From: Chiloscyllium plagiosum
Taxonomy: Eukaryota
Direction: 5' to 3'
NCBI RefSeq assembly: GCF_004010195.1
Contig: NC_057719.1
Location: 3,955,902 to 4,019,901 of the forward strand
DNA: 64,000 bases
Shown here: positions 25,272-39,218 of the stretch, piece by piece
Layout of the letters: each line of letters begins with the position of its first letter
Numbering within the stretch: position 1 is the first letter of the stretch
Notes under the pieces: model-generated
Databases searched by the model: none
What the model was told of the DNA's origin: nothing
What the model saw: only the letters and a program-made list of their open reading frames with translations
Made by a program: the position numbers and the translations under genes

Positions 25272-25397
25272 AATGACCAATGTTCAAGTGAATCAGAAGA
25301 ACACACAAGCAATCAAGATGAAAAACTGATTCAGGATGAACATTGCTCTGATCCCAATATGCTATCATTGATAAGACAACATAACACTCGGCACAAG
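25272..25397 (+). CDS. CLMN: Calmin coding exon (NDQCSSESEEHTSNQDEK...LIRQHNTRHK)
   Basis: ttcttcctcAG acceptor, AAG|gtaggc donor; 126 nt symmetric phase 0 exon. Confidence 0.78.
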
Positions 25398-27067
25398 GTA
25401 GGCCTCATGATAAAGTGTGCTCAATGCACATTTTCCAATATCTTGTGTTAGTAAGTCATGAAGAACTGCCTTAACCTTGTAATTTATCATGCTTTGGAAT
25501 AACAGCTTAAAAAATGGGAGCAGCAACATGCTTGACCTGTCTAGTCTGCTCTCCTATGCAAGAAGATCATGGCTGTTCCAATTATGGCCTTACCTCCACT
25601 CTCCTGCCTGCATTCCCCTCGTAATCTTTGACTGCTTTGAGATGAAAATTCTGTCTTATTTTTTAACCCTTTTTAGGGATAATAAATTCCAAAAATTAAC
25701 GATCCTGAGACAAAATTCCCTCTTGTGCGTGTCTTAAATTTATTTATCCAGGGAGTGGTGAGCCTATGGATTTCACTACCACAGAAAGCAGTCAAGGCCA
25801 AAGCATTGTATGATTTCAAAAAGAAGGTGGATATAGCACTTTGGGCTAAAGGGATCAGAGGATATGGGGGAAAAGCAGGAACAGACTATTGAGTTGAATG
25901 ATCAGCTATAATCATGTTGAATGGTGAAGCAAGCTCGAAGATAAATGGACTACTCCTGCTCCTGTGTTTCTATATTTCTAAATAGGACTCTCTTTATTTT
26001 GAATTGGTGCCCCAGTTCTAGATTTCCCTATGAGTTGAAACATCTCAGCATAGAGTCATAGGTCTGTTTCTGTGCTGTATGACTATCGATCCAACCTGTC
26101 CAAGCTGAACCGGTTTCCCAAACTAAACTACTCCCATCAGCCTGTGTTTGGAGGGTTCCGACCTGAAACATTGATTTCCCCTTCTCTTCTGATGCTGCTT
26201 GAGCTGCTGTGCTTTTCCAGCTCCACTCTTTATCCACCCATATCCCTCTAAACCTTTCTTATCCATGTAATTGTCCAAATATCTTTTAAATGTTGTAATT
26301 GCATTCACCTCTATCACTTCTGGAAATTTATATATGCAACACCAAAAATTAAGCTAAATTAAGAAAATAAACACTTCCCTCAAATCACAGATTCAAAATT
26401 TTTTAAACACAATCAAGATAACTCAGCCCCTCTTTATCGCTTGAAACTTACTCCCTGCTTTATTACCCTGGTGACACAATTATGGACACTTCCCTAGATT
26501 GGATTCACTGAAAGGCTTTTGTAGCACAGTGGTAGTATCCCTACCTCTGGGCCAGAAAGATTGGGTTCCAGAGGTGTGTCAAAACAGGTTGATTGCAAGT
26601 GTCTAGATTTGGCTTCACTGCCAACTGTGGGATCGGGCTATGAAATGGGAATGAGATAATTTCAACAAGTTAATGGCCCACTCCAAAGACACTAAACTAA
26701 AGGAACCCACGTCGCATTCTGGGAATACAAATTTCCTTCTTGATGCATAAATGAACAGAGCTTTGTAGAGTTCCTGTCTCACTTTGAAAAGAGCTTGACA
26801 ACATAATTGAACCTCCGTGATCAGATGCGGAAATATTGTTTGTACAGTCAAACATTTGTAAAATTAGAGAATGCATCTCCTTAATTCTTTGCGTTGTCAC
26901 ACCAGACATTTTACACAGCGGTCAATTTCCCGAAAGAGTCACCTTTGTTTCAAAAATGTTAGCAGAAAGTATCGAGGGTCTAGTTATAGTATACTTTTGG
27001 ATTGTACATCCTGCAAGAAGAGGGAAAGAATCATTTTCTATTGACAACATAACTTTTTGAACTGCAG

Positions 27068-27132
27068 ATACCTGAGAGTCTGGTGCTGCTGAATGAAGCA
27101 AAATTTACAGATGAAACACACCTCCAAACAAG
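27068..27132 (+). CDS. CLMN: Calmin penultimate coding exon (IPESLVLLNEAKFTDETHLQT-R)
   Basis: actgcAG acceptor, AG|gtaaga donor; 65 nt, phase 0-2, which the last exon requires. Confidence 0.75.
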
Positions 27133-27429
27133 GTAAGAATACTGAATTTGTGCTTAAGCTATTACCCAAAACCTAGTTTAATCCAGAGGCTGATGTTACT
27201 GTTCACATTGACATGCCACAGTGCCAAATGTGGAGATTATTCAAAATAAGTAAAATGCTTTAATCTGCATCTGTCTGATTACACAAAGGAAATTAGTTGA
27301 ACATGTGTAGATATGCTGGAGCTTGAAGCTAGGCACTCCAGCTAGCCCTTGATATGAGGGGCATACTGAGTGAATGTTGTGCCTTGAGAACAAAAACAAA
27401 GAAATGTTTTTGTTCTGTATGTGAACCAG

Positions 27430-29530
27430 TATGAGTAGTCTAATGTCCACTCTTGCCTCTTTTACATTTTATATACCTAAGACAAACTCTTGCAATCATT
27501 GGTTTTATTACTAGCTAGCTTCCCCTCATACTTCATCTTGTCTCGCTAATTGCTTTTTTTTTTGGGTTATCCTCTGCAGCTTTTAAAGGTTTCCCAATCC
27601 TCTGATTTCTCACTAGTCTTCATCACATTGTATGCTCTTTCTTTTGCTTTTATGCAGTCCCTGACTTCCCTTGTCAGCATTGGTTGTCTTATTCTCCTGT
27701 TAATGTTTCTACTTCCTTGGGCTGATTTTTTTGCTGTGCCTCCTGAATTACCCCCAGAAACTCCTGCCACTGCTGCTCCACTATCTTCCCTGCTAGGTTC
27801 CCCTTCAATCAATTCTGGCCAGCTCCTTCCTAATATCCTTGTAGTTACTTTTACTGAATTGCAATATCATTACATCCGATTCCAGCTTCTCCTGCTCAAA
27901 CTGCAGTGTGAATTCTCTCATATTATGTGACCCTTCCACCTCCATCCCCCCACCCCCACCGCTGGGGTGGGGGGGTTCCTTCAACTTCAGCCCTCTAATC
28001 AAATCTGCCTCATCACAAATCATCAAATCCAGAATTGCCTGTTCCTTAGTTGGCTCTACCACAAACTACTCCAAAAAAACCCATCTCATAGACAATCCAT
28101 GAATCCCTTTTCTTGGAACCTGATTATCCCAGTCTGCCTGCACATTAAGGCCCCCCACGATAATTGTAATAGTGGCTTTCTTAATACTTTTTCTATCTCC
28201 TGATTAATTTTCTTCCCATATCCTGAGTACTGCTATGAGGCCTGTATACAATTCCTATAAGGGTCTTTTTTGTCCTTTGTGGTTCCTCAACTCTACCCAC
28301 ACAGATTCTATGCCTTCTCTTTCTATATCACTTCTTGCTATCATTATAATTTTATTTCTTATTAACAAGGTAACCCCACTCCCTCTGCTCGTCTACCTGT
28401 CTTTTCAGTAGTCAATTTTGCCTGTCCTCGGATGCTGCCTGAATTGCTGTGCTCTTCCAGCACCACTAGTCCAGAGTTTTCAGTAGGATGCATATCCTTG
28501 TATAATTAGTTCCCAGCCCTGATCCCCTTGCAGCCATATCTCTGTCAGACCCACAACATCATACCCATCAATTTCAATCTGCGCTACAAGCTCATTTCGC
28601 TTGTTTCATAAACTGCATGAATTTTTCAAGTACAACATCCTCAGTCCTACATTGACAGCCCCCTTCTTATAGTTGTCCCCTCATTTGCTGTGCCTGAAGT
28701 TAAATTCTTGAGCCTTCCCATACTTCATCTTATTACCTTTTTTGGAAACTTTTAAAAACCTCTCCTGAGTCTTCCCTCCCGCCCCCTTTATTTTTTCCGT
28801 AAGTTTTCATGCAACTGAACCCATTTCCCCATTATTTAGTTTAAAGCCCAATTCACAGCACTGGTTATGTGATTTGCAAGGATTCGGGTCCCAGCATGAT
28901 TCAGCTGAGCTGATCCCATTTGGAACAGCTCCCTCCTTCCCCAGTATTGATGCCTCTCATGAATTCAAATCTGTTTCTCCCACACCAGTCTTTGAGCCAC
29001 TCTTTAATCTTATTATTCCGGTGCAATTTGCTTGTAGCTCAGGTAGTAATCCAGAGATTACCACCTTTCTTGGTTATGCTTTTCAATTTAACCCTTAGTT
29101 GTTGATATTCCCTCAGCAGAACCTCTTTTTCCTTGTATTATTGATACCAATGTGGATTGCAAAAACTGGATCTTTGCCCTCCCACTCAAAATTCCTCTGT
29201 AGCCCAGATGAGATCTCTTGAACCTGGCCACCAGACAAGACACACAGCTTTGGGGACTCTTGATCCTGGCCAGAGACAGTGTCTATTCCTCTGATTATAC
29301 TATTGCTGATCACAACTACATTACTCTTTTCTCCATTGTCTTGACTGGCTCCCTGTACTGAGGTGCTATGGTCAATTAACTCATCCTTCCTTCCAGCCTT
29401 CTGCTCTTGTCCACACAGGAAGCCAGAATCTCAAACCTACTATTCAAGCTCAAGGGCTTAGCTCCCTTCAGCATTACCTCCTGAACTCCCTGCCTCCCTC
29501 ATAGTCCCTGACTAATGAACAAATTTGATG
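27430..29530 (-). mobile_element. CR1 LINE 5' region (ORF1 esterase remnant plus ORF2 endonuclease), decayed
   Basis: ORF 29113-29313 (SIIRGID..CVLSGG..IHIGIN, SGNH-like); ORF 27805-28062 (EPTKEQAILDL, APE endonuclease). Confidence 0.8.
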
Positions 29531-31049
29531 TAATTGATCTCAGGGATGTGTTCGGCCCCCGATCCTGGCCTTCAATCTATCTCAGTCTGTGCCTTATTCT
29601 GGATATGATTTCCCCTTCTTGATTTTGCAATTTTGTCAACACGCCTCTTATTAAACAGAGCTAAGATGACTCACGCTAGCTCTGCTCAGGAGACATAAGG
29701 TGTAGAAGAAGAACTAGGCCATTCAGCTCATCTGCTGTCATTCAATGAGCTCATGGCTGATGTCATAACCTTCAATACCACTTTCTGCCTTTTCCCCAAA
29801 ATCCTCAATTCCCTTATTAATTAAAAATCTGTCTATCTCAGTCTTGAATATATTTAGTGACCCAGCCTCTACAGCACTTTGCAGTAAATAGTTCCACAGT
29901 TTCACTACCTGGAAAAGAAATTTCATTGCTATCTTAAATGCTCAACTCCTTTATTCTAAGATTTATGCCACCTAGTACTGACTCTCCCACAAGGGAGAAG
30001 CCTGGTGAGGCCAATCTTGGTATTAGGAACATCATCTTCCACCTCTTATCCTTTTGACAAGTTGTGTGGCAAATTACTAATTAAGGGGGATTCTTGTTTG
30101 TTAAATGCCTTGTTAAAGGCTCAACTCGCCTCAATGTTCAGCTTCCTATCTTACAAAATGCAGCAAACAAACTAGATGTTGGGGAAAACTCCTTATGGAA
30201 ATAAGAGCAGGTACTGGGTCAATCCAGCTTGTCGCTTGCTTCAAAGGACCCTTCATGTTGGCCACTGGATAAGTACCTTGGTGTTGGTGAGCACAGTAGC
30301 AGAGATGGAATCAATATGATGTTCAGAGAGAAGATAGTGACACTTACACTGGGAAAGCCATTGACCTTCCTACAATGCTGTGCGTTGTTCCATGTATCTA
30401 AGATTCCTTTGACATGGTTTGCAAGCTTGGACCAGACTGGCTTGAACTGGTATCGTGGTCTTCACTGCTGGTCCTAGTAGAAGAGTAAGTAGTGCCTCTA
30501 CACCACCTCGTCCACCAGACCCTCCAGGACACAGACCAAAAAGGATAGTATCAGGGGAAAATGTCAGGAACTGCACGGACAGCACTAGACTGAAAGTGCA
30601 AATTCAGGTGCGCATTGGCCTTTTCAAGGTGGCACTGGTGCAAAGGATGTTTGTGAATTCCATGATATTTGCTGAGTGGTGAGCGGTTCTTGTAATTGCA
30701 TGTGGAAAGATGAGCAAGAATCAGAGGTGACAGATGCTGCAGAGGAGGGGAAGGTAGTTAATGAGGTGAGTTTGGTATGATACAGCAAGAAAGTTCATGA
30801 TACCGCAAGGGAAGTCTCTCCAAAAAAGCCAATTCAACTTGGACTAGCCAAAATAACGTAACATTCAGCCCAATATGTAATACCTCCCCACCCAATCCTT
30901 TTGATTAATGTTTTCTCATGAAACACCTGAAAAATGAATCGTGCTGGGCGCAGTGTCCTGGCAAATTGAATAACTAGACTTGTAGATAATGTTTTAAACT
31001 AATTAGAGGGGGAGAGGGTTTGGGGAGATGGGATACCTAGCCTTAAAGT

Positions 31050-33385
31050 GTAAAGGATATTGCAGCATTACAAGGCAGCTCTTTGGATAATGGTACCCAG
31101 AGTGGGATAGAACGAGTATACAAACATAGAAAAACAACAACAAATAAGGATGAAGGGGAAAAAAAATCTGGCAAAATGGCATTCTTTTCTTGAATATACA
31201 TGTAGCGTTCACAACAAAATAAATGATTTAATGGCACAAATACAGATTAACGGGTATGACCTTATATGGAATACTAGCTACCAGAGATAGTGGATTAACA
31301 GGTCGTAATGTTTAAAGACTCCTCCGATACTGGAATGTCCCAGTGGATTAGACTGCCAGTTTATTTTTGGGGGAAGAAAAGGAAAGGAGACTAAAAACAT
31401 GTCAGTTAGCTTAACATTTGTTATTGGAAGAAAGTTGGAGTCTACATGGTGAGGCTGCACCTAGAATATTGTGGGGAGTTTTGGTCTCCTTTTCTGAGGA
31501 AGGATGCTCTTGCTCTGGAGGGAGTGAAGTGTTGGTTTACCAAGCTGATTCTGGGAATGGCAGGACTGATGTATGAGGAGAAAGTGACTGGGTTAGGATT
31601 GTTTTCACTGGAGTCCAGACGAGTGAGAGGGAATTTCATAGAGACTTATAAAATTCTAACAGGACAGACAGGGTAGGTTCAGGGGGAATCTTCCTCATGG
31701 TGGGTATGTCCAGAACCAGGGGTCACAATCTGAGGATTTGGGGTGGACCACATCTCTTCACCAAAGAGTGCTGAGCTTGTGGAATTCATTACCACAGGAA
31801 GTAATTGATGCCAAAACATTGAATGTATTCGAGAGGCAGCTAGATACAGCACTTGGAGTAAATGGCATCAAAGATAATTGGGAGAGAGCAGGATTAGGCT
31901 ATTGAGTTGAACAATCCATCATGATCGTGGTGAATGACAGAACAGGCTCGAAGGGCCAAATGGCCACTTCCTGCTACTATAAAAGATGTACAACCGAGCA
32001 TTTAGATATATATTTTAGCATGAATCGAAGAATGAGAGGTTAAATGGAGCATTTTAGGGATGGCAAACTATAACTACTGGAGTATCATAGGGATCAGTGC
32101 TGGGGCCACAATTATTTACATATACATATTCATAGCTTGGATGAAGAAAATTAGTGTATAATAATCATGTTTGCGGTTGACAAAAATAGGTGAATGGTAA
32201 GGAATTGTGTCAGCAGATAAATATAGACAAGTTTAACGAGTAGGGAAAAAACTTGGCAGATAGAATAACATAGTCATGCAGCAGAGATACAGGCCCTTTA
32301 GTCCACTGTGTCATGCCAACCAACAAACATCAAACTACACTAATCCCATTTACCTGGTCCACAGCCTACTACGTCCTGATATTTAAATACTCATCCAGCT
32401 GCTTCTTAAATATTGCGAGAATACCTGTCTCCACCACCCTCTCAGGCACCATGTTTGATATTTCTACCAGCCGCTGGGTGGGGAAAAAAGAATTCCTCAG
32501 ATGTGGGAAAATGTATGGTTTAGCAAGAAGAATGAGGAGCTGACTATTTTCTAAATGGTGCAAGATGGCAAAATGCTACTGCATAAGAGAGATTTGGAAG
32601 CCTAGTTAATAAATCACAAAAGGCTAGCATACAAGTTCAACAGGTAATAGAGAAGGCAAATGGAATGTTGGCCTTTATTTCAAAGGGAATGGAATATAAA
32701 AATAGTGAGGTCTTGCCAGAACTGTGTACCAGCTACTAATTAGACCACACTTGTAATTCTGTGATCACTTTTAATCCCTTATTTAGGGAAAGATATACTT
32801 GTATTGGAGACAGTCCAGCAAAGGAGCAGTAGGATGTGAAGGTACTGATTTATGAGCTATTAATTAGGTTGTACTCATTGGAATTTAGAAGAATGAAAGA
32901 AGATCTTATTGAAACATACAAGATTCATTGGGGACTTGACTGAGATGCTGAGAGGGTGGTTCATCTTGCGGGCAAGTCTAGGACCAAAAGACATACTCAA
33001 AATTAGGGGCCACCCATTTAAGACGGATGAGGAGAAATATCTTCTGGGGTTAGTTAATTTAGCACGGTTGTGTTCATTGTTTAGATTTCTGAGTTTAGCA
33101 GTTGGGACATTATGTTGAGGTTGTACAAGACATTGGTGAGGCCTCTTCTGGAGTACTGTTACCACTTCTGGTTGCCCTATTAGAGGAGAGATAGTATCGA
33201 GATAGAGAATTCATAAGAGATTTACCAGAACATTGTCTGGAATGAAGCGGTTCAGTTATGGGCAGAGGCTGGGACTTCTTTCACTGAAACATAAGAAGTT
33301 GAGGGACGACCTTATAGATGCTTATAAAATCATGAATGGCAGGTGTCTTTTCCCTAGGTTGGGGGATTTCAAGACTAAAGGCTAA
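31050..33385. mobile_element. Cluster of decayed CR1 LINE fragments (mostly +)
   Basis: ORF 31446-31676 (LEYCGEFWSPFLRKD, GLFSLE) and further CR1 RT-tail pieces running up to the last CLMN acceptor. Confidence 0.75.
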
Positions 33386-33423
33386 TCTGTTTTTGGTATT
33401 CATATTTGCATTCTTTCCTCCAG

Positions 33424-33628
33424 GTCAGACCAACAATCTGACAATGCAAGTGTATTGGAAGCAATGTGGCACCCAACTGCTGCTGTCATCCGTGATAAGG
33501 TACCTCCAGGATCCCCTACTCATCCTCAATTACCGTACCTTGTTGTTATTCTCTGGATGGCAGTATACTGGCTGATCATTCTTCTGCACCTCGACTTGGA
33601 GTCACTTGGCCCGTCAACAGCCAGTTGA
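33424..33628 (+). CDS. CLMN: Calmin terminal coding exon with C-terminal transmembrane anchor (...PQLPYLVVILWMAVYWLIILLHLDLESLGPSTAS*)
   Basis: ttctttcctccAG acceptor; phase 2 entry; ~20-residue hydrophobic helix with the LW..VY.L pattern of the calmin tail; TGA at 33626-33628. Confidence 0.88.
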
Positions 33629-36600
33629 TTATGTTATCAGATAGGTCATAATTACTCTTCTACTTAACAGTTTGTGGAGTAGTTTTGTACTGTTAGATTT
33701 TGTTCTTTTTATACTCATATGTTTCCAGAGTTTTCCTGACATCCCTGTTTAAATTGTAAAATCCCAAAGTTCCAATGCCTGTAACAAATGAAGGGCAAAG
33801 ACTGAGTATAAACCTGAGAAATTGTTTTTATTCCATTAATCTGGATTGTTTGGTTAATAAGAGGTGACCTAATGAGGACTAGTTACATGTTATTGAACAT
33901 ACTTGGCCTTGTCCACATCTTCAAAAAAAATGGTACAGCATGTTACAGACTTTCTATGTGTGCTGAAGGGGGTACAAATTTCAAATCAATTGAAGCTTCC
34001 TGAGTGGTATGACAGCAAGAAAGTGAATAGTTTTTTAATACCTTTTATAGTATACATGATGTAAATGAAGCTTTATTTTAATATTTACTTTTATGGCTAC
34101 ATTTTGCTCTTTCGTAAAAGGGTCTCATTTGCAACCTATTATGTTGATACCAAAAGTCAGAAGAATAAGACACCATTGTACTCAAGTAATGAAATAAACA
34201 CTTGAGTTTTAAATACCAAGACTGGCAAAATGGGAATATAATGTGAATGTTATAATCCTGCATTTCTGGAACATTACTACTATAATCTTTTCTCTAACTT
34301 GTGTTCCTACAGAACATAACTTTCCCCAATGCATGTGCAAGACTGCTCAATCACCCTGTATTTTGTGCAATAAGAATATATTGTTAAAACACAGCTGGGC
34401 TGATCTTTTCAAGGTTTCATTGATTGTTGTTTCTCACTTTCAGTTTGTCTCCCCATTGCCTGGGGTATTTGGAAGGTGCATTCAGAATCTGCTTTTAGTT
34501 CTTTACTAAATATGCTTTTATCATCTTTTTCATAAGTGGTCCAGGTTATCACTGCCTATTGGCCTCCTCACTAAAATATGTTGAACAAGGTATCATGGCT
34601 TCTAGACATCTTCCTGCTAACCTTTAGTGGCAAATGATTGCAAGACAGCATGATACATTACTGATATATTCACAATGTTTTATTTAAATCCAGATTTTTT
34701 TTCTCATTTGCTTTTATTTGTTGTCGGTCCTGTGATTCTAGTAAGTCCTAAATAAATAAGCCAAAGATTGGAAAATGGGCACAAAGATTTGGCACATTTT
34801 GAAGTTTTCCCTCTCTGCATTTTTTTTCTCTTTTCATCCAGATGATGAAATTGCACTTAAAACAAAGCTTTAAACTGCCACTGAAAGTAGAGGCTGGGCC
34901 TTTACTATTTCCATTATTTGTGTATATGACTCAACTTCTTTGATTGTTAATAGTCTGTACGTGCTGGATGTGCTTGTGTCTGTGTACAGTTGTTTTCTGT
35001 AATTGAATTTGTTCTTGGCTGGTTAGACAGTTAAGGCTCTACCTTATGATTGAAGGTTTTTCCTCCTTTCCATAAACTAAATTCCACAAGTGCTGCTAAT
35101 AGCATTTATGAAATCTCGTGCAGGAAAGTTGATGGTGGGTTTGGGCAGGAAATGCATCTATTGAACACAATAATCCAACCTAATCCTGTTTCCACAAGGG
35201 CTTGTAGGCAGGACCCACTGGTTAGTGATCAGTAGCTCATTAAGCTCATTCAAACTCTGCAGAAACAAACCACAACTAATTGCAGTGTACCCACTCATTG
35301 ATTCATCACACACTAAGTATTGTGTTGGAGACTTTCCTCCTGTGTACACTGCCCAGAACACTTAAAGTAGATGATACTGAAAGCTGAAGTTATTTATCCA
35401 GTCTGACGTTTTAAAACCTCACCCACCTGCGATCTTCCCCAACAATCTCGGTCATAACAGTTAGAAATGTGCTGTTCTACACTGTTCACATAAGTAGCAT
35501 CTCAAAGCTCATTAATACTCCAATAGTATTACAGTAATGAATAACCCAATGTTACAAATTAGAATACCACTGCTGTAATCTGTAATGTTCGCTAAATGAG
35601 AAAGCAAAAGTAATTATAACGATAGTTACAATTTTGAATGTTCCCACATCTGTTTAAGGGTGGAATGGAGAAAAACCTTTAGTTCAGTGTAGTGCTGAGA
35701 TAAACCTATAGAGGGTTTGGCAGAGTCTATGATCCGATTATGTTAGTTAAGTCAAGATAGCAGATCGACTTTTTTTTACTGATTAGTGAAGGACACAAAT
35801 CTGGGAGGGCAAATATTTTCACTCTTATACCCATGCTTTGCATTTTTGACCTAATGGTAGTGTGATTGAATGGTCTAAGCCATTGGATTCAAATCCTACT
35901 TGCTTCAGAAGTGTTTCATAACACATCTGAATAGATTGATTAAAAATATCTACTAATGACACCCCCGATCTCCACTACTGTAATGTGTAGGGAAGACAGG
36001 ATGAGGTTGGACTCTGATGTTATCATATTTTTGTACTTAGTCAAAGTTTCCTGTCTGTGCTTACACTCCTCCTGATCATCATAGCCTCACAAGTATAACG
36101 TTAACCTTTTGGAGTCTCATCATACATCAAACTGATCAGAGTGAATATGGTACAGACTTCAAACTCTTCCGGCAATTGGAGCTCTATAGATGCCATGCAT
36201 TTACAATTTGCATATAAAAGGAACCTGACCCCTGAAACAGGCAGTTGCATGGTCTGTTAGTAGTAGGCAGCTGCAGAAACTGCCAGGTGGCATTCAAATC
36301 TCTCGTCCCATTTTGAAACCACTAATCTAGTTAATGTTAATTCAACCAAAATAGTTTTGCCATGAAACTTCCAGTCAAATAGCCAATCTACAATGGCCAT
36401 CTGGGATCATATTTGAATATTGAGGTGCATACCTACAGAACTGTACCAGTAACAATTCACCTTCAATTGAGGGCAGTAGGGTTGGAGGAAATATTGAGCA
36501 AAAAGACAATTGTTTTGCTTAGACTAGCATTGAGTAACATTCTTCTTGCTGTACTGCAGTTATTAGGGATGTACATCAACACAGTAAAACTCTTAAGCTT

Positions 36601-37075
36601 ATTTATAGGAATACTGGCAGGTACAGTATCACCAACTCTATAATGATTTAAAATATAGTAGGATTAATTGTTTGTACAGGAGAAAACAAAAATTGTGCCT
36701 TTTTTGAAACTTTAATGTTTAATTAATGAAGTCAGAACAGCTGGTTATCAATCAGTAGTGAGACAACCATGTTATGCTTTGCTTTGAGTGTGTTTCTCCA
36801 TTGCTCCAGAAACACACCTTCAAAGAGGTTACCTGTATGTGTACCAGTTGTAGATAGGAGCTTGGGTGTCTCTAGCCTTTGGACCCTCTATCATTCAAGG
36901 ATACTTGCTTTAGAGCACAGACCGTAATATTGCACAGATTATATGATTCTCAAAATAAAAATCTTTTCACAATGTTTGTTTCTCTAAAAATGGTGTACAT
37001 TTTCTGTCATAGTTTGGGAGCTTCTGTAAAAATAAGTTTGTGAATAAAAGCTATTCAACAATTTATTAAAATCTG
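33629..37075 (+). other. CLMN: Putative long CLMN 3'UTR
   Basis: AT-rich and nearly free of recognisable TEs, unlike the flanks; ends in a cluster of polyA signals. Confidence 0.55.
37043..37048 (+). terminator. Putative distal polyadenylation signal AATAAA
   Basis: AATAAA at 37043, ATTAAA at ~37065 and a downstream GT/T-rich tract (ggttgattttgtttttcttt); other AATAAA at 34193, 34751 and 36954. Confidence 0.5.
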
Positions 37076-37462
37076 GTCTTAAACTTCCTGGTTGATTTTG
37101 TTTTTCTTTCCATTCAATATTTCTCACACACCAATCAAACTGAGGTGCTGCTCCTGCTGAGATACAATTTCACATGATATAGTGCAACCCTAGTGAATGA
37201 GGTAAACTAAAGAATCAAATCAGGGTCTATTGTTACCAAAATAACATCTTTCTGCAAGTATTTTTAAACAATGCCTCAACAGTACGATAGCAGCAACTTT
37301 TATTTTGTTTCGGTCAGCACTTATTACTCATTCCTAATTGCTCATAGTAATTGGTGGTATCTGCAATCTTGAGTCACTATAGTCCATGTGGTGTAGTATG
37401 TTCACAGTGCTGTTAAGGAGGATGTGCCACATTTTGGCTGAGGAAAAGTGAAGGAACAGCAT

Positions 37463-37785
37463 GGGCGGCACGGTGGCACAGTGGTTAGCACTGCTGCCTC
37501 ACAGCGCCAGAGACTCGGGTTCAATTCCCGACTCAGGCGACTGACTGTATGGAGTTTGCGCTTTCTCCCTGTGTCTGCGTGGGTTTCCTCCGGGTGCTCC
37601 GGTTTCCTCCCACAGTCCAAAGATGTGCAGGTCAGGTGAATTGGCCATGCTAAATTGCCCGTAGTGTTAGGTAAGGGGTAAATGTAGGGATATGGGTGGG
37701 TTGCGCTTCGGCGGGTCAGTGTGGACTTGTTGGGCAGAAGGCCTGTTTCCACACTGTAAGTAATCTAATCTAATCTAATCTAATC
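37463..37785 (+). mobile_element. Full-length tRNA-derived HE1-like V-SINE
   Basis: Pol III A box TGGCACAGTGG, B box GGTTCAATTCC, V-domain and (TAATC)n tail. Confidence 0.9.
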
Positions 37786-38220
37786 ATGGCCAAGATTCCT
37801 CATTTTCAAGTTAAAGTATGGCATAATCTGTGTTGGATGACTTCATATACACCGATCCCCGGAGCAAGTTATTTCATGCAATCTTGTGCTTCTTAGCTCA
37901 TTTTCTATGCTAATAATGTAGTGTGAGTTACTCAGCAAATCACCTCGTGAGTGCGTCAGAAGAATTCACCAGTGGTGGGACATTTTGGGATAGAAGATCC
38001 TGGTACCATATTTAAAAGGTCAGTTGTACACCACTTCATTTGCTACAAGCTTGGACTTGCCTGTGGTGGCTTCCTGTGGAACCCCATAGATGCATCCCAA
38101 ATCTCATCTGGCTCCCAAGTTTACCAATTCTGCTGGACAGAATCACTGATGGGAAGGACAATTCTTTTGATATCTGTTTATCTCCTCCCTCCTCACTACC
38201 CAAGACTTCAGATACAACTG

Positions 38221-38935
38221 CCAGGTGAAGCAGAGATTTACTTGCACTTCACTCAATCTAGTATACCATATTTCAGTGCTCACAACATGGTCATCTTTAT
38301 ACTGGATAGACAAAATGCAGATTGGGTGACTGTTTTGTGGAACCACCTACATTCTATGCATAAAAGTTACACCAAGCTTCCAGGTGCCTGCCACTTCAAC
38401 ACACCATACTGTTCCCTGGCCAACATCTCTGTCTTGGGCCTCCTGCAGTGTTTGGGTGAGGCTCAGCACATGCTGGAAGAACATCTCATTTTTAACTTAG
38501 GAACCCTGCAGCCTTCAGGGCTCAATAGTGTTCAATGGAGACTGAACATGTCCTTCCATCTCCATTGCCCAGCCCCACACCAAGGCCCTGTCCATGACAT
38601 TGGGTGCTTTCAGCACAACCAACCCATTTACATCTATCATGGATCTCATTTTCAGCTTTTCTCCTTCCTAACTTAGATTCATCCATCCTTTTACCTAACA
38701 CTCTTTCTATCCCTCCGCTCCATCTCCACCTATTCATTCACTCCTCCACTCCCTCCTCACACGCTGTCATCAGCATATATACCACCAGTTCCCAGCTCCT
38801 ATCAATTCTGAAGAAGAGTCACTTGATTCAGCATTAACTGTGCTTTCTTTCTATAGATGCCGCCAGACCTACCAAGTTGCTCGAGCAATTTCGGTTTCGG
38901 TTCAGATCTTCAACACCAGGGCTTTTGTTTTGTTT
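38221..38935 (+). mobile_element. Penelope-like element 3' part (GIY-YIG endonuclease, decayed)
   Basis: FTCTSLNLVY..QCSQHGHLYTG*TKCRLGD..ACHFN..EEHLIFNLGTLQPSGLN; degenerate hammerhead CTGAAGA at 38808. Confidence 0.8.
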
Positions 38936-39183
38936 TAGTTAAATGATGCCCCCTTTAGAAATTCTTCCTGATCTATTCACCTTGTTTCATGTGAGTATTA
39001 ATTTAATCCTAAATAATTGTTTCTAGGAGATTCCTGACCACCAAAGCTAAACAGGCTAGTCTGTAATTGTTGGGATTATCCTTACAACCTTTCTTGAATG
39101 ATTTGGAGGTGCTGGTGTTGGACTGTGTGTACAAAGTAAAAAATCTCAACACAAGGCTATAGTACAACAGGTGTTTTTGGAAG

Positions 39184-39218
39184 CACTAGCTTTCGGAATG
39201 CTGCTCCTTCTTCAGGTG
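39184..39218 (-). ncRNA. Minimal hammerhead ribozyme motif (Penelope repeat)
   Basis: Minus strand CAC-CTGAAGA-A-GGAG-CAGCA-TTCC-GAAA-GCTA-GTG. Confidence 0.7.

Noticed and set aside
24805..25329. 174-aa ORF overlapping a CLMN exon
   Set aside because: Mostly SINE sequence read through, in a different frame from the exon
37463..37535. tRNA gene
   Set aside because: The A/B boxes are the head of a V-SINE that continues into the V-domain and tail; the same applies near 50568, 59242 and 63554
37951..38676. 241-aa ORF as a host gene
   Set aside because: Its C-terminal part is a frameshifted Penelope GIY-YIG remnant and the rest has no recognisable features or splice context
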